In this document: positions 37,241 through 48,352 of the stretch, in pieces
How the letters are laid out: each line of letters starts with the position of its first letter
Numbering within the stretch: position 1 is the stretch's first letter
Assembly: GCA_946643435.1 (NCBI GenBank)
Contig: CAMPCD010000003.1
Coordinates: 14,866 to 78,865 of the forward strand
DNA: 64,000 bases
Direction: 5' to 3'
DNA from: an uncultured bacterium
GTDB taxonomy: Bacteria > Bacillota_I > Bacilli_A > RF39 > UBA660
Position numbers and translations under genes: made by a program
Notes under the pieces: model-generated
Seen by the model: only the letters and a program-made list of their open reading frames with translations
What the model was told of the DNA's origin: nothing
Database searches by the model: none

Positions 37241-37522
37241 ATGGCAGTTAAATTAAGATTAAAAAGAATGGGAGCTAAACAAAAACCATTCTATAGAATT
37301 ATAGTAGCAGACTCTAGATCTCCAAGAGATGGTAGATTTATTGAAACAGTTGGAACTTATGATCCAATTAAGAATACTGATAATATTACAGTTAAAGAAG
37401 ATAGAGTTGCATATTGGTTAGACAATGGTGCACAACCAACTGATACTGTTAAGTCATTATTATCTAAGACTGGAGTTTGGGCTACATACAAAAACTCAAA
37501 AGTAAAAAAATCTTCTAAGTAG
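37241..37522 (+). CDS. rpsP: Ribosomal protein S16
   Basis: ATG at 37241 after [45 protein letters not shown]. Confidence 0.95.
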   Translation: MAVKLRLKRMGAKQKPFYRIIVADSRSPRDGRFIETVGTYDPIKNTDNITVKEDRVAYWLDNGAQPTDTVKSLLSKTGVWATYKNSKVKKSSK

Positions 37523-37539
37523 TTAGGAAACATTTGATT

Positions 37540-37791
37540 ATGCATGAAGATTTAGTTAGATTTACAGAAAACTTAGTTAAGTCACTTGTAGAAGATCCTG
37601 ATATGGTTAAAGTTCAAGAATTCTTAGGTGATGACGAAGTAATTCAACTTGAAATAATGGTTGAAGAAAAAGATATGGGCACTGTTATTGGTAAAGGTGG
37701 AAAGATGGCTTCAGCTATCAGAGTACTTGTACAAGCAGTAGCTTATAATCAAGGAATTTATAGAGTAAGAATTAATATTGATTCTTTTTAA
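37540..37791 (+). CDS. khpA: KH-domain RNA-binding protein (YlqC/KhpA type)
   Basis: GKGGKMASAIRVL GxxG KH motif. Conserved position just after rpsP. Confidence 0.8.
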   Translation: MHEDLVRFTENLVKSLVEDPDMVKVQEFLGDDEVIQLEIMVEEKDMGTVIGKGGKMASAIRVLVQAVAYNQGIYRVRINIDSF

Positions 37792-37857
37792 GATAAGTAA
37801 TAATTTACTTATCTTTTATTTTTTTGTTATAATTATCCTATGATAGGAGGGCAATCA

Positions 37858-38961
37858 ATGGATAAGCATAAATGGATTAAAAGAATAACTATTGGTTTGT
37901 TTATTTTATCTTTATTTCTAGTTGTAGGATATTCTTTTGTATCTACTAATCTTATCACAGGTGGGTCATCTTCTATTCTTTATAATGATACTGATTTTAT
38001 TGTTGATTATCATGGAAGGTCTATGAATAATTGTAATAAAGATGCAAGATTAGATAAAACAACAAATACAATTACATGTGTGACCAGCTATATGAATGAT
38101 TTGGGTGATGATATTTACTTTGGTTTTGCTTTTATTAATAAATCATATAAATATGATGCTGAAGTAACAGTTATTTTTTCTGTAATAAATCCTGATACTA
38201 ATGATGATGTTACTTCACATTTTTCTTACGATTTTGAAAACTATGATTTTGATACAAGTGGGTATAGAGTACTTGCTAGAAATACTACTGAAGGATTTAT
38301 TTACATTTATTATGATAAGGAGTTTGAGATTAATACAAATTTAAAATATATAATTACATTTGATATTAAACCAAGTGGAATAACCAGTGAAGGAACCGCA
38401 CAATACCTTGAGGGTGAAATTTATAAAATTGGAGATGAAGAGTTTTATGTTATTGATGGATCTAATAAACAACTGGTTTTATTATCTAAGTATAATTTAA
38501 ATGTTGGTAGAGATAAGTATGCTGATGATCCAATTGGCATACAATCATCTCACGCTGATGGTTGGAATCACGGAGATGTTACTTTTACTAGTGAATATAA
38601 TCTTTATTGGTCTAAATCTGGCGCAAATTATGGTAATAGTTATCCTAAATACATATATGATGAGAATTCTAATCTTTATAAATATGTGGAAGATTATGTA
38701 TCTATTCTAAATAATACAGGAGCCAACGTTAAAGGAAAATTGTTGAATTATTATCAACTTTCGGAACTAGGATGTAGTTCAACAGCACAAAATTGTTTTG
38801 CTGCTCCGTCTTGGTTATATAGTGTAAGCTACTGGCCTGGAATAGCTTTTGATGATTCAAGTGTATATCAAGTAACTAAATATGGCTCTTATAACGATCA
38901 GGATCCATTAGCTACTTCTGAAGGTGGTGTAAGACCTGTTATTGAAATAACTTTACCTTAA
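37858..38961 (+). CDS. Membrane-anchored/secreted protein of unknown function
   Basis: ATG at 37858 after AGGAGGG. N-terminal TM/signal anchor. C-terminal SYWPG...GGVRPVIEI resembles the W..RS...GVRP ending seen in some Firmicutes surface proteins (DUF6273-like, weak). Confidence 0.5.
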   Translation: MDKHKWIKRITIGLFILSLFLVVGYSFVSTNLITGGSSSILYNDTDFIVDYHGRSMNNCNKDARLDKTTNTITCVTSYMNDLGDDIYFGFAFINKSYKYDAEVTVIFSVINPDTNDDVTSHFSYDFENYDFDTSGYRVLARNTTEGFIYIYYDKEFEINTNLKYIITFDIKPSGITSEGTAQYLEGEIYKIGDEEFYVIDGSNKQLVLLSKYNLNVGRDKYADDPIGIQSSHADGWNHGDVTFTSEYNLYWSKSGANYGNSYPKYIYDENSNLYKYVEDYVSILNNTGANVKGKLLNYYQLSELGCSSTAQNCFAAPSWLYSVSYWPGIAFDDSSVYQVTKYGSYNDQDPLATSEGGVRPVIEITLP

Positions 38962-39023
38962 AAAGATAGTAATAACTATCTTTTTTATTTTATAAGTGAT
39001 ATATTAACCATGGAAGTGATATT

Positions 39024-39878
39024 ATGATTATCGTAGTATGTGGACCAACAGGTGTTGGTAAAACAAAGATGAGTGTAGAATTAGCTAAGAAATATGATGC
39101 TGTAATACTAAATGCTGATTCTATGCAAGTATATAAAGAATTAAATATTGGTACTGCTAAAGTTACTGAAGAAGAAAAACAAGGAGTACCTCATTATCTA
39201 TTTGATATAAAAGAACCTGATGAAATGTATACAGTATATGACTATCAACATGATTTAAGAGCTAAATTAGAAGAATTTAAAGATAAGAATATTGTTATAG
39301 TTGGAGGAACAGGATTATATATTAAAGCTGCTTTATATAACTATGAATTTAATCCTGAAGAAGAAAGTAATACATATGATGATTTAACTAATGAAGAATT
39401 ATATGAAAAGGTTAAGGAAATAGATCCTAATACTGAAATACATGTTAATAATCGTAAAAGATTAATAAGGCAATTAAATAAAGGTATTGTTCCAACACAT
39501 AAAGATGAATTATTATATCCTGCAATATTCATTGGACTAACAACTGATCGTGAAACATTATATGATAGAATTAATAAAAGAGTAGATATAATGGTTAAAG
39601 ATGGATTACTAGAAGAAGTAAAATCTTTATATGATAGAAATATAAGATCTAAAGCAATAATGACAGGTATAGGATATAAAGAATTATATGAATATTTTGA
39701 TGGTAATTTAACATTAGAAGAATCATTAGATTTAATAAAACAAAGAAGTAGAAAGTATGCTAAAAGACAATATACATGGTTTAATAACCAAATGGATATT
39801 AAATGGTTTGATGTAGATTTTAAAGATTTTAATAATACTATAAATGAATGTATTGATTATATAGAAAGCGTTAAGTAA
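39024..39878 (+). CDS. miaA: tRNA dimethylallyltransferase
   Basis: P-loop GPTGVGKT, DSMQVYKELNIGTAK, IVGGTGLY. Confidence 0.93.
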   Translation: MIIVVCGPTGVGKTKMSVELAKKYDAVILNADSMQVYKELNIGTAKVTEEEKQGVPHYLFDIKEPDEMYTVYDYQHDLRAKLEEFKDKNIVIVGGTGLYIKAALYNYEFNPEEESNTYDDLTNEELYEKVKEIDPNTEIHVNNRKRLIRQLNKGIVPTHKDELLYPAIFIGLTTDRETLYDRINKRVDIMVKDGLLEEVKSLYDRNIRSKAIMTGIGYKELYEYFDGNLTLEESLDLIKQRSRKYAKRQYTWFNNQMDIKWFDVDFKDFNNTINECIDYIESVK

Positions 39879-39906
39879 TTAATGCTTTTTTTTGCATAAA
39901 AAAATG

Positions 39907-40110
39907 CTAATTTGACATAGCATTTATTAAGAAACCAATTAGACCACCAGCAAATGATACTAACATCATTAATGCCATAACCCATACGAATATTCTAGTC
40001 CATAAAGGGTATTTATAATCACTATTAGTTTTCTTTTTATTATTCTTCTTTTTCTTTTCTTCTTTAATTGGAATATTTCCAACTACAGCTTTTATATTAT
40101 CGTCATTCAT
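39907..40110 (-). CDS. Small tail-anchored membrane protein, 67 aa
   Basis: Lys-rich N-terminal half and a single C-terminal TM helix. No family recognised. Confidence 0.4.
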   Translation of the reverse strand: MNDDNIKAVVGNIPIKEEKKKKNNKKKTNSDYKYPLWTRIFVWVMALMMLVSFAGGLIGFLINAMSN

Positions 40111-40223
40111 TTCATTTCACCTATAAATGATTATAATACAATTAATAATAAAATAAAAGTCTAAATTATTTGATATATACTTCTAAAAAGAGTATAATTT
40201 CTATATACAAAAGGGTGATAAAT

Positions 40224-41330
40224 ATGGCCAAAGTTGTAATTGGAATGTCAGGTGGAGTTGATTCATCTGTAGCAGCAAAATTATTATTAGATCAAGGATA
40301 TGAAGTCATTGGTTTATTCATGCGTAATTGGGATTCACTAGTTAATAATGATATTGAAGGTAATCCTAATGATTTAAATGATATATGTCCTCAAGAAAAA
40401 GATTATAATGATGCTAAAGCAGTATGTGATCACTTAGGAATAGAATTACATAGAGTAGATTTTATTAAAGAATATTGGGATTATGTATTTACTTATTTCT
40501 TAGATGAATTAAAGAAGGGTAGAACACCTAATCCAGATCTTATGTGTAATAAATATATTAAATTTGATTCATTTATTAAAGAAGCTAAAAAGTTAGGTGC
40601 TGAATATATAGCAACTGGTCATTATGCGAAGACAAAAGATGGTCATTTATATAGAGGTATAGATCAAAATAAAGATCAATCATATTTCTTAGCTCAATTA
40701 TCTAGTAAACAATTAGAGAATGTATTATTCCCAATTGGTGATTTAGAAAAAGATAAAGTAAGAGATATAGCAGTTGAATCAGGCATACCTACAGCACATA
40801 AAAAAGATTCTACTGGAATTTGTTTTATAGGTGAAAGAAACTATCAAAAGTTTATACAAAACTATTTAAAGAAAAATCCTGGAGATATTATTAATGTATC
40901 TACTAATGAAGTAATAGGTAGACATGATGGTTTAATGAACTATACAATAGGACAAAGAAGAAATGTAGGTATATCTGGATTTGATGAAAAACACTTTGTA
41001 GTTGGTAAGAATGTTGAAAAGAATATTTTATATGTAGCATTTGGTGAAGATCCTGAAGAATTATATTCTGATGAATGTATTATAGAAGATGTTAATCTAA
41101 TTAATCCAACTACAATAACAGAATGTACTGCAAAATTTAGATATAGAGGAAAAGATTTTCCTGTTAATTTAGAATACTTAGATGATGGAAATATAAGAGT
41201 ATTATATCCATGTAAGGTTAAATCAGTAACTCCTGGACAAGCATGTGTTCTATATAATGGAGAAGAGTGTTTAGGCTCTGGAATTATTAAAGAAGTAAGA
41301 AAAAATGGCGAAAAACTATGGTATTTGTAA
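40224..41330 (+). CDS. mnmA: tRNA 2-thiouridine(34) synthase
   Basis: ATG at 40224 after AAGGGTGA. PP-loop GMSGGVDSSVAA, NPDLMCN, STGICFIGE. Confidence 0.94.
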   Translation: MAKVVIGMSGGVDSSVAAKLLLDQGYEVIGLFMRNWDSLVNNDIEGNPNDLNDICPQEKDYNDAKAVCDHLGIELHRVDFIKEYWDYVFTYFLDELKKGRTPNPDLMCNKYIKFDSFIKEAKKLGAEYIATGHYAKTKDGHLYRGIDQNKDQSYFLAQLSSKQLENVLFPIGDLEKDKVRDIAVESGIPTAHKKDSTGICFIGERNYQKFIQNYLKKNPGDIINVSTNEVIGRHDGLMNYTIGQRRNVGISGFDEKHFVVGKNVEKNILYVAFGEDPEELYSDECIIEDVNLINPTTITECTAKFRYRGKDFPVNLEYLDDGNIRVLYPCKVKSVTPGQACVLYNGEECLGSGIIKEVRKNGEKLWYL

Positions 41331-41408
41331 AAAAATACCATTTTTTTTATTTTTTTGTCGAGATTTAGAGGTGTATCTTTAATATATATTATTAGAGGGT
41401 GATTTTTT

Positions 41409-43127
41409 ATGGCTTTGTCGCAAGAAGAAATAAATCACATCCAATCAGTTGCGTCGATAGTAGATGTAATAAGTTCATATATTAATTTAGAGAAGAAAGG
41501 TAAAAACTATTTTGGCCTTTGTCCATTCCATGATGATCATGCACCATCATTGAGTGTATCTGAAGATAAAAAAATATATACTTGTTTCGTTTGTGGACAT
41601 ACTGGTAATGTATTCTCATTTGTTAAAGATTATGAGAATGTATCATTCTTAGAAGCTGTTAAGATTGTAGCTGATAAGTGTGGTATAGATGTTGATGTAG
41701 ATGTAAAGACTAATACTAGATTTGATAGGTTCTATGAAGCTTATGATTTAGCTGTTAAATATTATCAAAATAATATTAAGACTGCTGAAGGTAAAAAGGC
41801 ATTAGAGTACTTACATAAAAGAGGTTTAACTGATGAATTAATTAAAGAATTTGATATTGGTTTTGCTAGTAAGACTAATGACACTTTATCTAAGCTATTA
41901 TTAAATAAAGGTTATAAGGAACAAGAACTTATAGATATAGGTATCTCAAATAAGAGTAATACTATATATGATTTGTTTAGGAATAGAATAGTATTTCCTA
42001 TTCATGATAGTAAAGGTCATCCTGTAGCTTTTTCAGGAAGAATATATGAACAAGTTGATGAAGCTAAATATATAAATACAAAAGAAACCCAAATATTTAA
42101 AAAAGGTGAAATATTATTTAATTATCATCGAGCTATAAATGAAGCTAAGAAGATGAAAAAATTAATATTAGTTGAAGGACAAATGGATGCCATAAGAATT
42201 TATTCTGAAGGAGTAAAGAATGTATGTGCAACTATGGGTACAGCTTTAACTAATGAACATGTTAAATTATTAAAGAAATTAAATGTTGAAATAGTATTAT
42301 GTTTTGATAATGATTCAGCTGGTGAAAAGGCAACACTTGCTGCTGGTGAATTACTATCAAAAGAAGGAATAGAATTATCCATTTTAAGAATATCTGGTGC
42401 TAAAGACCCAGATGAATATATTCTTGCAAATGGAGTAGATAAATATAAAGAAGCTGTAGATCACGCAATTAAATTCTTTGATTTTAAATTAAATATTTTA
42501 AAGAAAAATAAAGACTTTAATAAAGTAGATGATGTATCAGCATATGTTAATTCAGTTATTAAAGAATTAAATAAAACAAATGATTCAATATTAATTGATT
42601 TAACAATTAATAGATTAAGTGAAGAATATGGTATTGATAAGAATGTATTACTGAATAAAGTAATAAAAGTAGAAGATACTAAAACTCTTACAGTAACTAC
42701 AAAACCTAGAGTTAAGAAAGAAAAGAATATTAGACTTCTAGAGTTATTACTATACTATATGATGAATGATACTAAATACATTAAAGTATTTGAAAAAGAA
42801 TTATCATATATTGATAATGAAAAATATCAGGTCATATGTGATGAAATACTTGCATTTTACCTAAAATATAATTATATTAATATAGCAGATTTTATTTCAT
42901 ATTCTATTGAATCAGATAGTTATGAAACAATTCTAGATATTATAGATAATAATATAAATACTGAATTATCTGACCAAGATTATTTAGCATTAATAGATAA
43001 GATTAAATTAATAAATGACGAAAATAAAATAATGCAATTAAAAAACAAATTAAAAAGTACATCAGATATTAATGAAAAATTAAAAATAACTGATGAAATA
43101 GCTAAACTAAAGAAGAGGGATGTGTAA
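41409..43127 (+). CDS. dnaG: DNA primase
   Basis: Zinc ribbon [18 protein letters not shown]. Toprim EGQMDAI and DNDSAG. Confidence 0.94.
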   Translation: MALSQEEINHIQSVASIVDVISSYINLEKKGKNYFGLCPFHDDHAPSLSVSEDKKIYTCFVCGHTGNVFSFVKDYENVSFLEAVKIVADKCGIDVDVDVKTNTRFDRFYEAYDLAVKYYQNNIKTAEGKKALEYLHKRGLTDELIKEFDIGFASKTNDTLSKLLLNKGYKEQELIDIGISNKSNTIYDLFRNRIVFPIHDSKGHPVAFSGRIYEQVDEAKYINTKETQIFKKGEILFNYHRAINEAKKMKKLILVEGQMDAIRIYSEGVKNVCATMGTALTNEHVKLLKKLNVEIVLCFDNDSAGEKATLAAGELLSKEGIELSILRISGAKDPDEYILANGVDKYKEAVDHAIKFFDFKLNILKKNKDFNKVDDVSAYVNSVIKELNKTNDSILIDLTINRLSEEYGIDKNVLLNKVIKVEDTKTLTVTTKPRVKKEKNIRLLELLLYYMMNDTKYIKVFEKELSYIDNEKYQVICDEILAFYLKYNYINIADFISYSIESDSYETILDIIDNNINTELSDQDYLALIDKIKLINDENKIMQLKNKLKSTSDINEKLKITDEIAKLKKRDV

Positions 43128-43129
43128 TT

Positions 43130-44290
43130 ATGGCTAAAAAGAAAACTGAAGAAATAGTAGAACAAGAACAATTAGACTTAGGTGAAGAAGTAAAAAATGT
43201 TAAACTAAAAGAAATTAAATCTTTTGATGAAAGAAAGAAAGAATTAATTCTTGAAGGACAAAAGAATGGTTTTATTACATTCGAACAATTAGCTAAATCA
43301 TTACAAGGATTAGATGTAGATGCTGATTCATTAGATTCATTATATAATGATTTAGTTCAAGCAGGTATTTCAGTAATAACTGAAGAAGATGCATCAAATC
43401 CTGAAGGTGGTGAAGATGTACCTGTTATATTAGATGATGATGATTTAACTAAAGATGTTAATATCAATGATCCAGTTAGAATGTACTTAAAGGAAATAGG
43501 TAGAATTCCATTATTAAGTGCTGAAGAAGAAGCTGAAGTATCATTAGCTGTTGAAAACGGTGATGACTCAGCAAGAAATAAATTAGCTGAATCTAACTTA
43601 CGTTTAGTTGTATCTATAGCAAAACGTTATGTTGGTCGTGGATTATTATTCTTAGACTTAATACAAGAAGGTAATATTGGTTTAATGAAAGCTGTAGAAA
43701 AATTCGACTATGGTAAAGGATATAAATTTTCTACATATGCTACTTGGTGGATTAGACAAGCTATTACTCGTGCATTAGCTGATCAAGCTAGAACAATAAG
43801 AGTTCCAGTTCATATGGTTGAAACAATTAATAAGATGGTAAGAATTCAAAGACAAATGACTCTAGAATTAAATAGAGAACCATCTGAAGAAGAAATAGCT
43901 AAGAAGATGGGTATTTCTGTTGATAAAGTAAGAGAAGTAATGAAAATCTCTCAAGATCCAGTTTCATTAGAAACACCAATTGGTGAAGAAGATGATTCAC
44001 ATTTAGGTGATTTCGTTCCAGATGAAAGAACAATGTCTCCTGAAGAATATGCAACTAATGAAATATTAAAAGAAGAAATAAATGAAGTATTATCTACATT
44101 ACAACCAAGAGAACAACAAGTTCTTGAATTAAGATTTGGTTTAATTGATGGTACTTGCTATACACTTGAAGAAGTTGGTAAGAGGTTTAATGTAACAAGA
44201 GAAAGAATTAGACAAATTGAAGCAAAAGCTTTAAGAAAATTAAGACATCCTTCTCGTGCTAAAAAATTAAGAGACTTCATGGTGGATTAA
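43130..44290 (+). CDS. rpoD: Primary sigma factor (SigA/RpoD)
   Basis: Region 2 [16 protein letters not shown] and region 4.2 [20 protein letters not shown]. dnaG-rpoD synteny. Confidence 0.96.
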   Translation: MAKKKTEEIVEQEQLDLGEEVKNVKLKEIKSFDERKKELILEGQKNGFITFEQLAKSLQGLDVDADSLDSLYNDLVQAGISVITEEDASNPEGGEDVPVILDDDDLTKDVNINDPVRMYLKEIGRIPLLSAEEEAEVSLAVENGDDSARNKLAESNLRLVVSIAKRYVGRGLLFLDLIQEGNIGLMKAVEKFDYGKGYKFSTYATWWIRQAITRALADQARTIRVPVHMVETINKMVRIQRQMTLELNREPSEEEIAKKMGISVDKVREVMKISQDPVSLETPIGEEDDSHLGDFVPDERTMSPEEYATNEILKEEINEVLSTLQPREQQVLELRFGLIDGTCYTLEEVGKRFNVTRERIRQIEAKALRKLRHPSRAKKLRDFMVD

Positions 44291-44291
44291 T

Positions 44292-44945
44292 ATGTTAAGT
44301 CAAAGATTAAAATCTTTAACCAAATATATTAATAAAACTGATAACGTTATCGATATTGGATGCGATCATGCTCTATTAGATATATATATTATTAAGAATA
44401 ATTTAGTAGATAAAATGATTGCATCTGATATTCATGAAAATGCCTTACAAGCAGGTATTAAAAATATTAAGATGAATAGGTTATCAAATAAGATAGATAC
44501 AAGATTAGGTAATGGTTTAGAAGTATTAACAAATAAAGATAATATAAATACCATTCTTATATCAGGTATGGGAACTTCAACAATAATTAGTATCTTAAAT
44601 AACGATTATCTTAAAAATATAAATAAGATTATTATTCAATCTAATAATGATCATTATTTATTAAGAAAGACAATTACTAAAATGGGATATTATATAAGTG
44701 ATGAAGAATATTTAGTTGATAAGAAAAAACATTATATAAATATAGTATTTGTTAAAGGTGATAATTCATATACTAATGATGAATTATTATATGGACCTAT
44801 TCTTATACATAATAGAGAATATCTTGATTATGTTAAAAATAAGTTATCAGATGTATATAAAAGGCTTCCTTGGAGCAAAATATTATTAAAAATAAAGCAA
44901 AAAAAGGAAATAAACAAAATAAATAGATATATTCAAATGACTTAG
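44292..44945 (+). CDS. trmK: tRNA (adenine22-N1)-methyltransferase
   Basis: VIDIGCDHALLDIYI motif. Conserved position after rpoD in Bacilli. Confidence 0.8.
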   Translation: MLSQRLKSLTKYINKTDNVIDIGCDHALLDIYIIKNNLVDKMIASDIHENALQAGIKNIKMNRLSNKIDTRLGNGLEVLTNKDNINTILISGMGTSTIISILNNDYLKNINKIIIQSNNDHYLLRKTITKMGYYISDEEYLVDKKKHYINIVFVKGDNSYTNDELLYGPILIHNREYLDYVKNKLSDVYKRLPWSKILLKIKQKKEINKINRYIQMT

Positions 44946-44947
44946 AC

Positions 44948-44976
44948 TTGCATTTTATCAAATGTTGTATTATAAT
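44948..44976 (+). promoter_or_regulatory. Promoter of tRNA-Arg
   Basis: TTGCAT (44948-44953), 17 nt, TATAAT (44971-44976), about 20 nt upstream of the tRNA 5' end. Confidence 0.6.
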
Positions 44977-44996
44977 TTAATAGTCATTTGAAATCT

Positions 44997-45073
44997 GACT
45001 GGGTAGCTCAGCTGGATAGAGCATCCGCCTTCTAAGCGGCAGGTCAAGGGTTCGAATCCCTTCCCGGTCACCA
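44997..45073 (+). tRNA. tRNA-Arg (anticodon UCU)
   Basis: Cloverleaf read by hand. Acceptor GACTGGG/CCCGGTC. D arm GCTC-AGCTGGATA-GAGC. Anticodon arm TCCGC-CTTCTAA-GCGGC. T arm AAGGG-TTCGAAT-CCCTT. Encoded CCA. Confidence 0.9.
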
Positions 45074-45086
45074 TTTTTTTAACAGG

Positions 45087-45112
45087 AAACAACTTATAAT
45101 AAGTTGTTTTTT
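45087..45112 (+). terminator. Intrinsic terminator after tRNA-Arg
   Basis: AAACAACTT/AAGTTGTTT stem with loop ATAAT, followed by a T-run. Confidence 0.7.
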
Positions 45113-45168
45113 ATTTGCTTTTTTTATGTAACTAGATTACAATAACCAATAGAAGAAGAGGGATGTTT

Positions 45169-46158
45169 ATGGCGACAATTGATCCGTCAAAAACTATTTT
45201 TACTAGTATTCTCCAAATATTGATTAAGAATTTTGAAAGATCAATAGATTTTAATAATGCTGTTCTTTCTTTATGTAGAACCTATAATGAAGATAAGATA
45301 GCTGATATTATTTATAAATTATATGAAGGAAAACTAGTATTAGGACATAAAGATATTAAAGGTGTTTATAACAGATATAAAGATTTTATTATGTATATAG
45401 AAGCATCTGTAGGTATTTATCGTTATTTCTATAAAGTATTCCAAGAAGGAATGTTAGAAGAATCTTATGAAACATTCTATCTTTATTTATTAGATAATAG
45501 AAGAAATATTGGTAAGATAGAAGAATTAGTTGAAAAAATAGCAGACTTAGGAATTAATAAAGTATCTTTAGATGATACATTAGATTATGAAGATGTAAGA
45601 ATTTGTACTACAACACCTGATGGTAATAGATGTCATTTTGTATATGGAGAAAATCCTAATGTAATAGCTTCGATAGGTGATAATACTATTCTATATAAAT
45701 TATTAGATACAAATTATTTAATACCATTAGAACGAAAAGAAGAAAAGATTAAAAACAGTTATGATAGTACTATCGTAGTAAGTAGCCTACTATTTGATAA
45801 AGACTTATTACCTAAGAAATTAGATGAACATAATACTTTATCTAAAATTATTCAAGCTAAGACAGCTAATACTATTAGTATTAATAAGAGTATAAATAAT
45901 CCTGAAGTATTAAAGGATGCTTTGGTTGACTTAAACAATCAATACAAAACATTGCAAGCTGAATTATTTGAAAGAAATAAGATAGATCCTGAGTATGAAT
46001 CATTAGTAGATAAGTTAAGAAGATTATCTGCAACAATTGAATATTTAAAATATGAAAAAAGTCTACAAGAAAGAGAACAAACAGCAGAAGACAATACTTC
46101 TACAGGATATGGTAAACAAAGAACAACAATCTCAAAAAATGTGTATACTCAAAAGTAA
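45169..46158 (+). CDS. Hypothetical cytoplasmic protein, about 329 aa
   Basis: ATG at 45169 after GAAGAGGG. C-terminal coiled-coil-like region. No family recognised. Confidence 0.5.
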   Translation: MATIDPSKTIFTSILQILIKNFERSIDFNNAVLSLCRTYNEDKIADIIYKLYEGKLVLGHKDIKGVYNRYKDFIMYIEASVGIYRYFYKVFQEGMLEESYETFYLYLLDNRRNIGKIEELVEKIADLGINKVSLDDTLDYEDVRICTTTPDGNRCHFVYGENPNVIASIGDNTILYKLLDTNYLIPLERKEEKIKNSYDSTIVVSSLLFDKDLLPKKLDEHNTLSKIIQAKTANTISINKSINNPEVLKDALVDLNNQYKTLQAELFERNKIDPEYESLVDKLRRLSATIEYLKYEKSLQEREQTAEDNTSTGYGKQRTTISKNVYTQK

Positions 46159-46225
46159 AAAAACAACTATTTAGTTGTTTTTATTTTTTCTAGATAATAC
46201 AATTATTATAGGGTGTATACATAAT

Positions 46226-48340
46226 ATGAAAAGAAGATATCTTTTAATTATATTAATGTTATCTTTTATAACTAATGCAAAAGCATTAGCTTTTTGTGAT
46301 TACACTGAAGAATATAAAGCATATTTAGCTTTAAGTGAAGAAGAAAGAAAACAATATATAGAACCTATTCATTGTAAGAAAACATATACTGATAGTATAT
46401 TTGATGATGCTGCAAGAGTAAGTGATGTAGTTACAGCATCAATATCAGATTCATATTATAACTCAGTAGATGAAAATTATGTAACACCAGTTAAAAACCA
46501 ATATAGTGATGGTACTTGTTGGGCATTTTCAGCTATTGCTACAGTTGAAAGTAGTTTAGCAAGAAAGAATCAAGGAATATTTGATATATCTGAACTACAT
46601 TTAGTATATTCACTTGTTGGTGATGCTTATACTGATGAAGCAGGTAAGAAGAATAAATATAATACAGACTTAGTAGGTGGTAAGGTTACTTATTCACCAT
46701 CGTATTTCTTTAATCCACAAGGAATATTACTAGAAAGCGATTTACCTTATCCAAGTGATAATGTTAAAAGAATTAATTCTTCACAATATCCACAAGGTAA
46801 AAACTTAATATCTTTGGAAACATATGAAATAGATAATTTAACAGCTTATAATGCGTGTACAACTAAGGACATTTCAACAATTAAAACAGCAATATTAAAA
46901 TATGGTGCTGTACAAGCAACAGTATATGCTGGTAGTGCACAATTTAATGGTAATTATTATTTATCAACAACAAGTAATTCATCAGGAGTTAATCATGCTG
47001 TAACGATTGTTGGATGGGATGATAACATAGATAAATCTAACTTTAAAGGTGCAGTAAGAAATGGTGGTTTCATTGTTAAGAACTCTTGGGGAACTGATTG
47101 GGGAGATAATGGATATTACTATGTTTCTTATGATGATTATTTTATTTGTAAGATAATAACAAAATATGATGCATCAACAACTACATATGATCATTCATAC
47201 AATACAGCTGATTTAGTTGGTTCAGATGATTTTATGTATAATCCTAGAAGTTTTGTTGCAACTAAGTTTACAACTACAGAACCTAAAGAAATATTAAAGA
47301 AAGTAAGTTATCCATTACCTACAACAGGTAAATATAGAGTTTATTTATCAAAAGGTAATTATCAAGATTCAAATACATGGATTAAATTATATGAATCTAC
47401 ATCAAGAAGAACTCTTGGAATTGATTCAGTTCATGTTGATGAGATAGTATCTGGAGATTATTGGATAATTATAGATTATGAAGCTAATCAATCATTCAGT
47501 GCATTAACTACATGTAATTCTCAAGATGATACATCTCGTATTGATTATTCAATTGGAAGAAGCTTCTACTCAATTGACCAACAAACTTGGACAGATATGG
47601 GTGAGATGGGAAGCGGAGTTAAATGTGAACCAGATATATACACTTATACTGATGATTATTCATTTGGTAATTCAACTATAACAAAACAAGACTTATCAAA
47701 TTATCGTGAAAGTGTATATATAACAATTAATAATGAAAATAATTTAAATGTTACAGAATATAAAGTATTAGATGATAATGATGATGATATTTCAGATCAA
47801 TTTGAAATAATATATGACGCTTCAGAAAAGAAGTTTACTATAAATAATATCAATAAACTATTTGGTTTATATGAATTATATATTAAAGATTCTGAAGGTA
47901 ATTATAGAATAATTGACTTCGTCATAAATGAAAGTTTAAATATCTTAAATAATAGTTTATCAGTAAACAATGAAGTACTGATGACATCAGTTAATAATGA
48001 TTCGTATACAGTAGAAGATCTTGCTAATGATATCGAAGTATTAAATAGTGATTATAAAGTATATGATGCTAATAATAGATTGATAACAAGTGGAACAATT
48101 ACTACAGATTGTAGATTAGTATTTGGTAATACAACATATTATTTTGCTATTAAAGGTGATACATCATCTGATGGAAATATTAATTCAGCAGATTTAATGA
48201 AAATAGTTAAATACTTAAAGGGTACAAGTGGAATGACTAACTCTCAAGTAAAAGCTGCAGACGTAACTGGTGATGGTACTATTAACTCAGCAGACTTAAT
48301 GAAGATAGTAAAATATTTGAAAGGTATAACAACATTGTAA
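46226..48340 (+). CDS. Secreted papain-like (C1 family) cysteine peptidase with C-terminal dockerin
   Basis: Signal peptide MKRRYLLIILMLSFITNAKA. Catalytic blocks NQYSDGTCWAFS (Cys), VNHAVTIVGWDD (His) and VKNSWGTDWGDNGYYYVSY (Asn/Trp). Two dockerin EF-hand-like repeats D.S.DGNINSADLMKIVKYLKG. Confidence 0.85.
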   Translation: MKRRYLLIILMLSFITNAKALAFCDYTEEYKAYLALSEEERKQYIEPIHCKKTYTDSIFDDAARVSDVVTASISDSYYNSVDENYVTPVKNQYSDGTCWAFSAIATVESSLARKNQGIFDISELHLVYSLVGDAYTDEAGKKNKYNTDLVGGKVTYSPSYFFNPQGILLESDLPYPSDNVKRINSSQYPQGKNLISLETYEIDNLTAYNACTTKDISTIKTAILKYGAVQATVYAGSAQFNGNYYLSTTSNSSGVNHAVTIVGWDDNIDKSNFKGAVRNGGFIVKNSWGTDWGDNGYYYVSYDDYFICKIITKYDASTTTYDHSYNTADLVGSDDFMYNPRSFVATKFTTTEPKEILKKVSYPLPTTGKYRVYLSKGNYQDSNTWIKLYESTSRRTLGIDSVHVDEIVSGDYWIIIDYEANQSFSALTTCNSQDDTSRIDYSIGRSFYSIDQQTWTDMGEMGSGVKCEPDIYTYTDDYSFGNSTITKQDLSNYRESVYITINNENNLNVTEYKVLDDNDDDISDQFEIIYDASEKKFTINNINKLFGLYELYIKDSEGNYRIIDFVINESLNILNNSLSVNNEVLMTSVNNDSYTVEDLANDIEVLNSDYKVYDANNRLITSGTITTDCRLVFGNTTYYFAIKGDTSSDGNINSADLMKIVKYLKGTSGMTNSQVKAADVTGDGTINSADLMKIVKYLKGITTL
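48155..48325 (+). repeat. Duplicated dockerin segment (two ~66-nt repeats)
   Basis: GDTSSDGNINSADLMKIVKYLKG and DVTGDGTINSADLMKIVKYLKG are encoded by near-identical DNA. Confidence 0.8.
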
Positions 48341-48352
48341 TAAGGTGATAAA

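Noticed and set aside
40940-41341. 133-aa minus-strand ORF opposite mnmA. Similar antisense ORFs lie in valS (15089-15304), metG (18130-18360), rnj (20852-21106), nusA (51851-52213), infB (52967-53654), rimP (50993-51244) and others.
   Set aside because: All lie fully inside well-supported conserved genes on the other strand and lack start signals. They are the expected by-products of AT-rich coding sequence.
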